Positions 43,246 through 56,910 are shown, numbered from the stretch's first letter. The stretch: DNA of 64,000 bases from Octopus vulgaris (GCA_951406725.2 OX597824.1:62620001-62684000), one strand, 5' to 3'. Program-made: numbers and translations. Notes: generated by a model from the letters alone, not told the origin.

Positions 43246-43332
43246 TACTTTATTTAAATAAAGCATATTACTCTACCCCTGGTATTTGAGTACTCTTTTT
43301 TCCACTTTGTTTCACATTTATGTGTTTACTCC

Positions 43333-43389
<57 letters not shown>

Positions 43390-43537
43390 TTAAAAATTAT
43401 AAGTATATGAAAGAATGCACGTAGTCTATGCTCTAGGGACGTAACTTCAACCGTGTTCTTTCTGATGTGAATTTGCTACCCAGGTATCGGTTATCTTTCG
43501 AATTATCCTTTATAAGATAATTCATTCAACTACTCAA

Positions 43538-43615
<78 letters not shown>

Positions 43616-43616
43616 A

Positions 43617-43658
<42 letters not shown>

Positions 43659-43770
43659 TACATACATATATATATATATATATACTTTATTTAAATAAAG
43701 CATATTACTCTACCCCTGGTATTTGAGTACTCTTTTTTTCCACCTTGTTTCACATTTATGTGTTTACTCC

Positions 43771-43773
<3 letters not shown>
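43246..43773 (+). repeat. Two near-identical ~90-bp units embedded in (TA)n
   Basis: tactttatttaaataaagcatattactctacccctggtatttgagtactc...ttactccgg at ~43246 and ~43683. Confidence 0.9.
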
Positions 43774-43818
<45 letters not shown>

Positions 43819-43924
43819 CACACGATATATATTTACACTTAAATACACATGTACTTATATATTTACATATGTGTGTTTGTGTGCAACGCGCACCATTATG
43901 ATAGTGAAGGCACAGGACTTACAA

Positions 43925-44200
43925 GTTAGGGTATTCGACTCACGATCATAAGGTTCTTAGTTCGATTCTCCGCGGCGCGTTGTGTATTTGGACAAGACAT
44001 TTTATGTCACGTTGCTAGAGTCCACTCAGGTGACAAAAATGAATAGTATCTGCAATTCATAGGACCCGCCTTAAAACATTGTGTCACGCTGAAACACTCT
44101 GAGAATTATGTTAAGAGTCCTCAGGTACATGCAATCAACGTCCCGTTGAATGAATGGATTGGAACCCACATCGTAGTAAACGACTGAGTGACAGTCTTTT
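43925..44200 (+). mobile_element. SINE family C
   Basis: gttagggtattcgactcacgatc..gttcgattc..gcgttgtg..gtccactcag. Confidence 0.75.
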
Positions 44201-45059
44201 AAATATGTTTATGGTAACATTGTAATAATATTTTTGTCACAGTTTTAGTAACAAGAAAACGAAATTTTATATCCGATATTCGATTAAACTAAACAAACCT
44301 AAAACAACTTGGTATTTCCGCTGAGGCCATTAACTTATACATAAAAACTAACTCATCAAACTCAAAACATGACGAACCTTCAGAGAGGAAATCGTATTTT
44401 CGTTACGAAAACAATGCTTTTGAAGAACGACTGTTATTCCATTCTAATAGAAACAGAATTTATGTTAAAACCGTTTAATATGTGATTATTGTTATGCATT
44501 GCGGATTACAGAGAAAATCTTACATGAAAAGAATTTTCTTTTTCATCTCGCGCAACAAGATAAAAAAGAAAGACTATTGCGAAATATAAACGGGCTTTTT
44601 ACAGATTATCGAAGGTTAATCATATACACTTATCTTTGATTATCAAAATCCACTTAGGAATAGGAAATCTACAAGAACTATGTTATTACGTGAAAAAATA
44701 AATGCATTTTAGAGCTTAAGTACAAGTCGAAGAACGAAATATTCTGTCATTATTCTGATGGATTATATGAAATATCGAAGATATTTACGATGTGAATGAA
44801 TGGTTAGTCTTTTGAAGTTTATACAAAATATTTTAGATATATGAAGTTTATGTCAATGCGTGTCTGTTTGTATGAATGTATTTAGACACACATTCATCTA
44901 ATCTACAAATCTGCAGCTTCATTATCCATGAGGTGCATACTATTTTGAATTATCAATGGATGAGCGTGTGCTGATTTCTGTTGTCATGTTTTATTCATGT
45001 CTATAAAAGGCAATAACAGTGCGTGATATTATCTTCCCATCTGCTAGCGTTTGTGTCTC

Positions 45060-45127
<68 letters not shown>

Positions 45128-45256
45128 CTCTTTCTAACTTTCTCTCTCTCTGTCTCTCTCATTCTCTCTCTCTCTCTCTCTCACTATATATATATGTATG
45201 TATATATATACATACATACATACATACATACATACATACATACATACATACATACA

Positions 45257-45813
45257 TGGTGGCTGCCCCCTCGTTATCTAGTATAGTCATTGCACGAAGT
45301 TTAATCAATGTTGTTATCGTGCAATGCCTGTGCAAGAAGATTGTTTTTTAAAGTGAGGAAAGGCTGTGCACTGAGTCAATCCCACTCACTAAGCAACATC
45401 AGCGATAATCCGAAAAGAAGAACAAGTCAACATCATCGGTAATCACTGAGCCGCAGGTTTTATGTCGGAGTTATCCCAGTTACCTGAGTTAACTTCTCCT
45501 GGAAGTATGCCCTAACAAAGACTAGGAGTCCTTCACTCCCAATGGTTTAACCACGCGATCGGGTATTCAGTCCGATTATTTCTATGTCCCCGAGCATGAT
45601 ACAGCCTTAAGACATTTATTGGATGACCATTGACTCTCAAGAGTTCCTCAGCCCTTTGACGGGCTTTGTTTTTCATCCCGCAGGGTGTCCAATAAATACC
45701 CTCCTCACCAAGGAAGCTTGGTGGGGTTGCCGGTTTAGTCGCCGATGACCCGACCATGTAACAGTTTGTACTGGGTTACATTTTACCAGTAGCACTCTAA
45801 AGTGTCCTGACGT
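45257..45813 (-). mobile_element. Non-coding element flanked by (ACAT)n, probably RTE-derived
   Basis: Sharp GC rise between two (ACAT)n tracts; minus-strand ggagaagttaactc...aaaacc resembles an RTE 5'-UTR motif. Confidence 0.5.
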
Positions 45814-47399
45814 AACATACATACATACATACACACATACACACTCACACACACAGGCACGCACACACACACACACATACACACACATATATATATATAA
45901 TAAATAAATAAAACATATGCATATATACAATACATATATGTATGTACCTACCTCTACATGTATATATACATGCATATATGGGTACAGGACACCCCAAAAA
46001 CGTCGAACACAATGAGAAACGAAAACATAAACACAAAACTAAGGAAATGGACATTTATCTTAAGCAACGAAAAAAATATACAAAACAAGGATATGCAAAA
46101 CAAGGAAAATTCCCCTCCTTCAATCGCCTTTGTTTCATCTACTCCACGTTTCAAAGGTCGTATATATAAAGGTATTTTATTCCACACGTGTAGAAATATA
46201 GGAAAAATAAAAGTTGAAAATACAATGAGAACAGTTAAAATATTTTTTATTAAAATATTTAAAGCTTTAACCGGTTTCACAGTTTACACTGATTTTCAAA
46301 ACGTTCAAGCAGAAAGACGTGCCTTGTCTCGCAGAAATTTTTGTAGTTCCCCGCTACGTCTGTGTGTTAATATCAAGTCAAGGTTGACACGGTTGACTGA
46401 ACAAGTTTAAACAATCAAAACTCTGAATGTCTTCTGTCAAGAGTTTGTGGAGAATGAACACATGATTAAATTTATAAATTTTAGTACGTTTTCCGCTACG
46501 CCCGTGCGTTAGTGACACGTGACACTATATTTTGCGCCTAAAAGGAGGGCAGACACGGTTGAGTGAACCTGTTTCGTTATAATCGAGACAGACCAAATTT
46601 AATATATCTGGTAGGATAATGGACAGGAGACATTTCTACGTAGTCCAATGATTAAAATTTAGGTTGTGAATAGTAGGGTGTTCTGTTTTTTTCTCACAGA
46701 CGGTGCCCAACTGACCCTACTATACTGTATAGTCGACAAAATCAAAAACAATGTCTATGCACAAAAGTAAAAATTATAAAATGGCGACAATTTACCCATC
46801 GCACCTTGTATATACATATGTAAACAAAAATATGTCTATAAATATATGCACACGCATAGAATTGAGTGTGTGTGTATGAATGTATGTATGGATGTATGTA
46901 TGTAGATATACATCAATAATATTAATATTCTTACTTCTGACTTTTTAGGTAGGCACATACCTGTGGTGTGTATCACACTTACTTCAAAAGAAGTGATAAA
47001 ATATTTGAAGGGAGAGGTATAAAGAAAAAGTGAAATGAATGGTGTTAAGTAGAAGAGGTGTAGTTGAAGTGAGTGGCAAAGCGGGAGAGAGGAGGTGAGA
47101 GAGGAAGTGGGAGAGAAAGAGAGTGTGAGAGACAGTGAGTGGTGACTGAATGCAAGGTGCCATTCCTTTTTTTGTTTTTAAATGTTTATCAGTATTTTCA
47201 GAGTAGGCTGATACGTACATCGATGAGAAATAGATACATACACATGCTGTTAAATTAAAAGTGGGAGAGATGAGAGACAGAGGTGAAGTGCGACACAAAG
47301 AGAGAAATACATAGACTCATAGTTAAATGAAGGACAAATAACTACAGTAAATATTGGATATCACTTTCACTTTTCAGTACCAAATGAGGATAATATTAA

Positions 47400-48135
47400 T
47401 GCACAAGTGACTGAGTACTCCACAGGCATGTATACCATTGACATAGTTTTTAGGGAAATTTAGCCTCACACAATTTGACAAGGCTGGTCCCTTTGAATTA
47501 CAGCTACAAATCATTTTGGTCAGCTGAGCTGACTGGAGCAAGATAAGCCTTTAAGTGTTTGGAAGGAAGCGAAAGAAAATCCTATATAGGGACAGAAAAA
47601 CCTTTTTAGTCTTTAGGGTCACGATGGGTGTTGATCCGGTCCTAACAGCGGCATTCGTGGGATTCACAAATCTGGAGGCCAAGTCCCCAGATAAACAATG
47701 ATGCGCAGGCTGTTGTTATCAAACTGAGCGTGTGTCGTGGTCGAAGTCTCTACACGACGGAATAGCAATTATTTCGCCTTAGCTTTCACTGCTTATACTA
47801 AACACATGACATATTTGCCTTACGAAATGGAACATTTCCTTTTCTTTCACTCTTTTCAAAAAATTGCACTCCGTCGGTTACGACGACGAGGTTCCTGTTT
47901 AACTGATCAACGGACCAGTCTGCTGGTAAAATTAACGCACAAGTGGCTGAGCACTCCACAGACATGCATACCATTAACGTAGGGATATTTAGCCTCATAG
48001 AAAGTTGCATTACAGTTTCAACTTATTTTTGCCAGCTGATTGGACTGCAGCATGAAAAAGTAGAGTGCACCGCTGAAGAACACAGCGCGCCACCTGCATC
48101 GTACTCATGGCCTTACAGTCGTGGACCGAATAGCC
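47400..48135 (-). mobile_element. Two SINE family C fragments (47400-47545, 47860-48135)
   Basis: gcacaagtg.ctgag.actccacag, gccagctga..ggactg.agca (reverse complement of the family C body). Confidence 0.7.
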
Positions 48136-48680
48136 CTAACAACTTCACTCCCTTAACCGTAGAGAAAAGGAGTGCACCCATAGAGACAGGGAAAGGAAAG
48201 TCTCAGTAGTTTAAAATGATTTTTCTACTTCTAACAATGAAGAAGAGGGAAAGAGATTTACTAATGAATAGAAGTAAAGTCTTTCAGGTGTATAGATTTT
48301 CATTCTGGGAGTTCTGGAAGGATCGAGTGTTAGTTCTTTCTCTTCTTTCCCATATCCCCGGTACTTATTTCCTTGTTTCAAAATTCTTCTTGTCTTTTAG
48401 CTGGAGAGAAATGTTTTATTTTCAGGCACGTTTAACGTTTTCTCTACAAACCACAAACAAATCCACCCCCCTTCCTTTTATTTTCATACGAAAACTAATG
48501 CAAATTTCGAGCGCGGTATAGCTGTGAAAAGAACCGAGAAAAATGGGTAATACCGCCGACAAAATGGGAAGGGGAAGAAAAATTGCCAAAATTGCTACAC
48601 GAAATTCAACTCTATACTTTATAGAGTGTCTTCTACTGTAGTTGAGTTGGTTTGGTAGAGGAAACTGAAGGAAGCCTGTC

Positions 48681-48721
<41 letters not shown>

Positions 48722-48762
48722 CATCTACAGACGAAAACACACACACATACATACACAAACAC

Positions 48763-48863
<101 letters not shown>

Positions 48864-48997
48864 CAATTAAGATTCAAGTCAATTCTAATGAATTTACTTG
48901 AATGCGGTACTTAACTTAGATTGCTTTTAATGAAATTATCTCCAATACTTCGTGAGTATAGCCTCACCCACTAAGATGTTTGGAGAACTCATATGTA

Positions 48998-49088
48998 TTT
49001 TAGCTGATGAGTACGGGACACTTTTATCTGCTGCAATTTTTGCAACTTTTAATAAAGCCTATCTTTGTATGAAACAATTGTACTAAAA
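48998..49088 (+). ncRNA. Minimal type-I hammerhead ribozyme, canonical core
   Basis: TTTTAG-CTGATGA-GTAC...GTAT-GAAA-CAATTG-TA-CTAAAA; perfect stem I, palindromic stem III, predicted GUA cleavage after 49082; unit flanked by (TA)n on both sides. Confidence 0.8.
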
Positions 49089-49116
49089 ACTAATCCATTC
49101 TTGTTGCTTCTTTCTC

Positions 49117-49158
<42 letters not shown>

Positions 49159-49619
49159 GTGTGTGTGTGTTTGTGTATTTATGTGTGTGTGTTTTCGTCT
49201 GTAGATGCCCCCCCGCACTATCAACGCTTGGCAAAGACTGTTGCTGTCTGCTCCAGCATGGTCACCATCAAATGACTGAAACAACTAAAAGAGTAAAAGA
49301 ATACCAGAAGAACATTCTGTACTAATAAACCAAAAACGTTCTTTGAATATGTATGATGTATTTTAAGGCTAAATAGTAATTGTGTTTACATTTGTGTAAC
49401 TGAGACATTCTGGTTGGATTATGTAGTTATCGGTTTTAGACTTCTTTCTATATTCTGTAAGTGTCAGAATATAGAAACAATTTTCATGGCACCAGCACAC
49501 AATATAGAGAGGCTTACATTATTTATATTTTCCGTGAATTTTGCATGTCCCCAGCTAGTATGTATGAATATATATAGACATTATATGTACACATGCATTT
49601 ATACGTACATAAATGTATG

Positions 49620-49664
<45 letters not shown>

Positions 49665-50625
49665 ATGGATGGATGGACACACATACACCCCTCCACACAC
49701 ACCTACACCTACTGACACACTTGCTTTCTGTAATATGCCGAAACAAATAGTGGCATTGATTTTAAAACATCTTACAAGACTCAGACTCCAACTTTCTTGA
49801 CACAAATTGTAATGCTAAATCAATCGATTTATATAGCTTAGAACACCATATCTTTGGCTTGTACTAAAGCTTTCTCCCTAGCTTCCTCTTTAACCGTTGG
49901 TTTGTGCTGCTTTCGCTCTAAACACTCAAACCAGCTCCTCCATATATTTTGCGTAACATCACCCTTATCATCGAAGCTCTTGACTGGTTTCATTTCTTCT
50001 GTGCTAAGAATGAACGATCAATGTTTGAATGACATTTGCTATGATTAAAAAAGGAAAAATATTTTTTCTTAACGCCAGTTTGTGGCTGTTAGGAATATTA
50101 TCCTCTATAACATTACTTATTTTCTGAATAGGACATATCACACATGTAAAATTCCATCAATGATAGTCTTTTCTTTTATTCTTTTACTTGTTTTAGTAAT
50201 TTGACTGCAGCCATACTGGATCAGCGACTAAAAAGTTATTTACACACAAACACAAACACACACACACACATACACAAGCATGCACACACACACACACATA
50301 TATTTATATAATTACGTATTTATTTCCTCAAATTTGTTTTTTTTCCACATTCTCCTGTCCCAGAACGCACTTTTTCTTCAAATCTTTCAACTTCTGTCAG
50401 TCAATTCAAAAATATAACTGCACGTGATTGTTGGCGATTTTTTTTTACCTGTTGCACATCCCTGTTTTTTCCTGCTTCCGTAGAAAAGCTATACTCAAAA
50501 CGTAACTCTACTACTATTTTCTTTCTGTAAGCGTGTTATTTATACATTGCTTGCTCTACGTCAACACGTTTGTTTACTTTTTCCTTTTTTTCTCCTCTGT
50601 ATTTCTTTGACTATATGTATATATG

Positions 50626-50705
<80 letters not shown>

Positions 50706-50811
50706 GGAAGTACCTCTATCAAATTCACTCAGAAATCTTTGATCGGACCAAGACTATAGTAGAAGACTTTTGCCACATAGTGTGACTGAAACTAGAACCA
50801 TGTATATATAT

Positions 50812-51800
50812 AGGGCTCACATGAAAAAGTAACCATACATAGGGTGAGTTTCCTAAGACCAACAAACCGAGGTTTCTGAAAAAATACTTTTCCTCTCTTT
50901 GTCATGGCCAAATGTCATGCTAACATTTCTCGCTGATTTCTGGTATAGAAGTCATCAGACCAGTGAAACACCATCAATGTTATGGGAGACATTACTTAGA
51001 AGAAACGACAGCCTAGAGTTAAGAAATTATAAATAACCTACACTCTTTATGGAGTAAAGGGATTTCACGGAAATGTGACTGTACACAGGGCTATTTTCTT
51101 TACACCAACAAACCGGGGCTTTTAAAAAATATTTTCCAACATTGCTAGCTCATTCTCTGCCTAACACGTCTGAAACACCATGAATGATATTCTTTTATTG
51201 ACTAACATGTTTCAGTCACTTGACTTCAGCCATGCTAGAGCATCGACTTAAAGGGGTTTTCGTACAAGAAATCGATCTCAACACTAATTCTTTTCAATTC
51301 TATATTTAAGAGATGAGGAATTATGTACATTATTTACATTATTTACAGTTAACGGATATTTGTCCTCATATTGTTTATTGTTAACACAACGTTTCGGTTA
51401 ATATACCCTCCAGCCTTCATCATGTGTCTTGGGAAAATTTCGACGCAGAGAATAAGCGAGCAACGTAGGAAAAACATTTGGCCGTGACTAAGAATGGAAA
51501 AATACTTTTTTAGAAAATTTGGTTTTTTGATGTCAAGAAAATTATCTTATGTATCATTACTTTATCATATAAGCCCTTTACTCCCTGGGGATCATAGGCC
51601 ATCGATATCTTCTGTACACCATTCTCAACTCTAGGCTGCCTTTTCTTTTACGCTTGTGTTAAATCCTTGTTTTTCCCCTCCGCCTAAATGTCCTGCATCT
51701 AGCTTTTAGGGCATCCTCTTTTCTGCCTCCTTCTTGGATTCCAAGTCAGGGTCACGTGTGTAATGCAGTGTGTTTGTTCCTTTCAGAATGTGTTGTACTG
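50812..51800. mobile_element. Three fragments of an RTE-like LINE 3' end (50812-50890 +, 51005-51140 +, 51490-51800 -)
   Basis: Minus-strand LTWNPRRRQKRGCPK and ggcctatgatccccagggagtaaaggg; shared cagcctagagtt and aaacc...aaaaa.atttt blocks. Confidence 0.6.
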
Positions 51801-52244
51801 TGTCATGTATTTTACCCAGGCAAAAAGGCTTACCTCTCCCAGGTCCTGTTGGTATTTACTTTATCAGGTAAGGGTGTTGGCCCTGCACAAACTCATAAAC
51901 ACATTTTTTACCTCTGGAGAGAAGAGGTCCATATTTGTTAGGCCTTTACCCTCCTCTCACCTGTACTGTATTGGAAATTCCATCAGGAGCTTGTGCTTGA
52001 CTGATATAACTCTCAGAGGTCATTAAGTGTCTTAATCACAGACTGAATGCACCACTGCTTATCGAACACACAACCTTACCATCATGAGCCGAATACCCTA
52101 ACCACCAAGCCAAGCGTCATCATCCATAAATTCATACATATGTACATACATACATGCATACATCCATACATACAAACGTACATACATACATACATACATA
52201 CATCCATACATACATACACACATAATACATACATACATATTGGC

Positions 52245-52540
52245 GCTCTGTCAGTTACAATGATGAGTGTTTCAGTTAATCTGATCAATGGGACAACCTG
52301 CTGATGAAATTAACATGCATGTGGCTGTGAACTCCGCAGACTCATGCTCCCTAAACCTAGCTCTTAGGAAGATTGAGTACGACACAAAGTGTGACAAAGC
52401 TTAACCTTCGAATTACAGATACCATTCAGTTTTGCCAGTGGACTGGAGCAATGGGAAGTAAAGTGTCTTCCTCAAGGATACACTGCGTGCCAGGAATCCA
52501 ACTCCCTGCCTTACAATAGTAAGCTGAATACCCAGATCAC
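52245..52540 (-). mobile_element. SINE family C
   Basis: gactggagcaa..aagtgtcttcctcaaggatacac is the reverse complement of the CORE-like block. Confidence 0.75.
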
Positions 52541-52708
52541 GGATCTTTGTGGTTTTCATCACTGTTAACAATTTTGTTCCAGTTGTTTTCAAATTGGTGT
52601 ATCAATTAAGTTTTGTATACTAAATATGAAAATGAAATTCATTTTTTCTATTAATCCATAAGTAAAAAGTTATTAGCCTTTGAAATTTGCTAAATTTGTG
52701 TAGTTTAA

Positions 52709-52789
52709 CCAATCAGAAGCGAGTATTTTTTACATCACCGTAGCGATAAACCCTGTTTCCATAGTAACCAAAGATTATGCGCGTGCGCA
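52709..52789. promoter_or_regulatory. CCAAT box + RFX X-box + NRF1-like site cluster
   Basis: CCAATCAG 52709-52716; GTTTCCATAGTAAC 52755-52768 fits GTHNYYATRRNAAC; TGCGCGTGCGCA 52778-52789 differs by one base from TGCGCATGCGCA. Confidence 0.45.
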
Positions 52790-53239
52790 CAAGGAGGAGA
52801 AGGATATATCAGAAAGATGACCTTCTACAATAATAATACTCGTTATCCGTTTCACCGTCACAACATATGAATGAGTATGTAAGGGATGACATGAATAATG
52901 AAGGAAGGGGTGATGGCAAACTGGTAGTGGGAGCGTTTCTACTCTGTGTGAATATATGTGTGTGTATGTAAAAGGAAGGTATGTAAATATTTGTTTGTGT
53001 TTGTGTGTGAGTGGGTGTGTGTGTGTGCGTGCGCGCACGTGTGTGTATGCAATGAAGTGGCATCGTGAATACTCAACGCTGAAAATAAAAATAAAAACAG
53101 CGCATCAACTTTGTGTGCGTATATGAATGTATATGTGCGTAGCAGTGTTTTGACATGTAGTTGCCACCCCTCCCTCCACCCCCGATGATGGAAGAGACAG
53201 CTCTGAACACCTGTAACAATTTTGCCAAATTTGTTTCAA

Positions 53240-53680
53240 ATAAATTAATAACAAATTCGGACTCAGCGCCAAAATTTACGTCTATGTAATACACTAAAAA
53301 TTTTAAAACCTCTGAGCGATAACTGCTGAACGCCTCTAAGCCGGAACAGTAGCCGGACCCGAGTTTTTTTTTCTTTTTCCAAAAGCGTCTCAAACTCAAG
53401 ACACATGTCTGAGCTCGGCCTTAGCTGTCCGACCGTCGCGTCCGCCCGGCGAGCGGTAGTGTCGCTAGCGGAAATGCCATTCTGGAACTTCGGCGACAGC
53501 CTCGTCGTCGTCGATGTCCCAGCTGACTTGTTCGAAAGATCGAAACGAAAAGATTTGTTTGCATACGAATCGAATTCCTATTCGGAGTCACGTGCTTTGT
53601 AGAGCAGCTACCACACTACGATTTAATGAGTCTCTGCTCGCGAACGACAAGATCCGCCGTTTCGAGGAAAATTCAAACGA
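53240..53680. other. CpG-rich patch in AT-rich surroundings (possible 5' exon/promoter or young repeat)
   Basis: Dense CG dinucleotides, e.g. gaccgtcgcgtccgcccggcgagcgg; not repeated elsewhere in window. Confidence 0.45.
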
Positions 53681-54287
53681 TTCTTCTTTTAAAATGCTCC
53701 TTTTTCCCCAATACAACATAATAACATAACCAAACTCCTACGACCTTCAAATCTTCAAAGACAAAGCATACAAGATGGGAGTAACATTTGTTAAAGGCCT
53801 ATTCAATATAAGATGATTAGATACGATACTAAACAAGTAACACAAATAGAATAGAATAAAGACATGGGCTTAAAGTGGAAGTAATACAACATGCGCTGGC
53901 TGTAATTCGAAAGCACCGTAATATATAGGTGTGTTCCATATTGTTCTGAACTAGGTGGAGTCTTAATATATATTGGTTTTATGTGGCTTACATAAGCGCA
54001 TACTACCAACTATTTGACTTAGTTTTACTCGAGTTGATCTTGCACGTGACTTCAAACATAGGTTTCAACTAGTAACCAATTAATGTCATATCAAATCCTC
54101 AACATATTAAATGTTCAGACGAATTAAAGTTGTCAAGTATACACTACATCGGAATGTGAGTAGACAATGTTCATTGCTGTCATGCTTTGCTACCAGGATT
54201 GCTTGCTAAAAACATACCAGTGGAAAAAAATCTAAGGGTCGCAATTTCCCCACAATTATTATTAGTATTATCACCATCATCATCATC

Positions 54288-54319
<32 letters not shown>

Positions 54320-54360
54320 CATCGTCGTCGTCATCATCATCATCATCAACATCATATAAT

Positions 54361-54455
54361 GGCGGCGAGCTGAGAGATTCGTTAGTACACCTGTCGAAAT
54401 GCTTAGCGGCATTGTGTCCGTCTTTACGTTCTGAGTTCAAATTCCGCCGAGGCTA
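54361..54455 (+). mobile_element. SINE family B head, after (CAT)n
   Basis: ggcggcgagctgagagattcgttag...ctgagttcaaattccgccgagg. Confidence 0.8.
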
Positions 54456-55854
54456 TAAATAATATCTTTGCTCTCCCTGTAAGTGCGACTGGTGGCTGTG
54501 TAAATATTTTAAATTATTCTGTTAGGCCTTCAGCCTACTGTTTAGAGGTTTAATGAATATGAAGGAATATGAAGTAATTTAATCGATGGTTTATATATAT
54601 TGTGTACATTGCAATCCGTGACGCGTTGCCAAAAACATCGTGGCAAAATGCTTTATTTTCCAGACTCTCTTGAAGCTTAAGTTGTTTGCAGATAATTCAA
54701 TTACTCAAGTATGCCTTAGCAGAATTTGAACTCAGAGCTAAAAGAGCCAGAGTAAAGAAGCAGCAAGGCATTCTGTCTGGTGTTCTTATAATTAAACCAA
54801 TCCACTGCCTTGCACTGATATCTCAAGACAACCTTAAGTTCGGTGGGATTTGAAATCTATCTTCAGTGTGTCAGAATATTGCGAAACATTCAATCTAATG
54901 CTCTGATGATTGAGGCTTTATTGAAACTTTGGTTTAAGAAATTAGTGCTTGCAAAAGCATTTCAATTTCTGAATAAGTCTAAAACATTATATCACGCTCC
55001 ACCTTTGCCATTGGATAAGGAGGTGAATACTCCATATTATTTACGAAGCAAGCGTGAAAACAGAAGTACAGCCACATGAGAAATTTTCCTAAATAATATA
55101 TTGACATATATGGGCAATTAGGATACAGCCTTGTGATTTTATAAACTTAAAATATCTCCCAGAAATTTTATTCATATTAGTATTGCACAGGAGGCATACT
55201 TGGTAGTAATTTACAAATCATTAAAACAGATAATAACATTTCGTTTTAAATAAATATACTGGAGCATAGGCAAATTTATTTAGAATTTTTTCATGCATAA
55301 TCAACGATTTAATATTAATTAATATCATTAATAACCGAATATATCTGTCAAGTAGGCAGCATCGTTGATATGTTCTGTCATTTAATTTACACTATATACT
55401 TGGAATGAATTTTAATCACATACCTTGCTATTTGATCACTCCAGGTAATCAAATAATAACATGAAAATTACTGAATTTTATTTTTAATTTTGGAAATATA
55501 ATCATGTGCTGGTCTTCATCTTGTATACTTAACATTTTCACAAGCTGTAATAACTAGAGATTATTTTTATTTCTCTATCACATACGGATGGATGTATTCA
55601 AAATCATGGCGACTATAGCAGACTCTGTGATACAACTTGTTTAAGTTGCATATATATCCAAATATGACATATTTACTTTTTGGCTGGTTATCTTGTCCTG
55701 CGTTTTAAAGGACGAATGATAATTTACGCAGCAATTAGTTGTCGTCAATTTGGACTATTTTGATTAAGTAGCATTCCATAATTCACTATATTAAGATTAC
55801 TAGCGTTCGAACCCACTTAGCTGCACCTTGAACAAATATTATTTTCTCCCTGCG

Positions 55855-55889
<35 letters not shown>

Positions 55890-56622
55890 TCTGTCATACA
55901 TTATTGCAACGAAAGAGGGAACTTCAGTTGAAAGAACAACTGAACCGATAATGTCGAACAATGGAGATACACACCTATATAAAAAGCGTCCAGTGTTATT
56001 TGTATCTGACTCAAACCTCAGTTTTCTGGTAACTATATCTGCTATTATGAAACAAAGACATCACGAAATATTAAATGTTTTAATCGCAAATCCGATGCGA
56101 TTCCTATTCTTGGAGATTAATCTCTTTGTAAGGGGCTAGAAATAATTCTATATAATAGACATTTTATTTATTTTAGTTGCCCTTTCAATTTCATATCCTG
56201 TACAGAATTATGAGAACCATTCTTACACTATTTGCCACTAACTCTACTGTCATCAATGTTAGTATAATCTCAATCGTTTACGGAACGCCATTTATACTTT
56301 ATTCCTTCTTTTATTCAGCGGTTTCTCTTATTTCCTCACTGTGTATTGCTTGGCTAGTCTTTGAAATTGATATGCTTCAATGATAAAAGAAATACCACAC
56401 AATGATCTATCTAATTATCGTCTAATTTATCCTTTCTTTGTCCAGATCTTGGAAGATAATTAGAAATCCTGATTTCTTCAAAGGCTAGAAATATTCAATA
56501 TGGTCTAGATTTTGTTGATTACACAAAATATAATAGAATTAATAGATCGAAATAGTAGGATAAACCTTGTCAGAAATTGCTAGAAATAAACCAAAGACAA
56601 CCTAAAACGCCACTAGTAAAAC

Positions 56623-56746
<124 letters not shown>

Positions 56747-56869
56747 AATTAGTAAATAAATGGCACAACTAAGTACCGATATTTACTGGAAATAGCGAAC
56801 GTAAAAATACGACGCTAATATGTAGCTACTTTTTACTGGAAGGCAATACTTTGTATTGCATTACTGATA

Positions 56870-56909
<40 letters not shown>

Positions 56910-56910
56910 G

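Noticed and set aside
51051-51584. MITE with GGAGTAAAGGG terminal inverted repeats
   Set aside because: Similarity extends beyond the apparent TIRs; better explained as two inverted RTE-like 3' ends.
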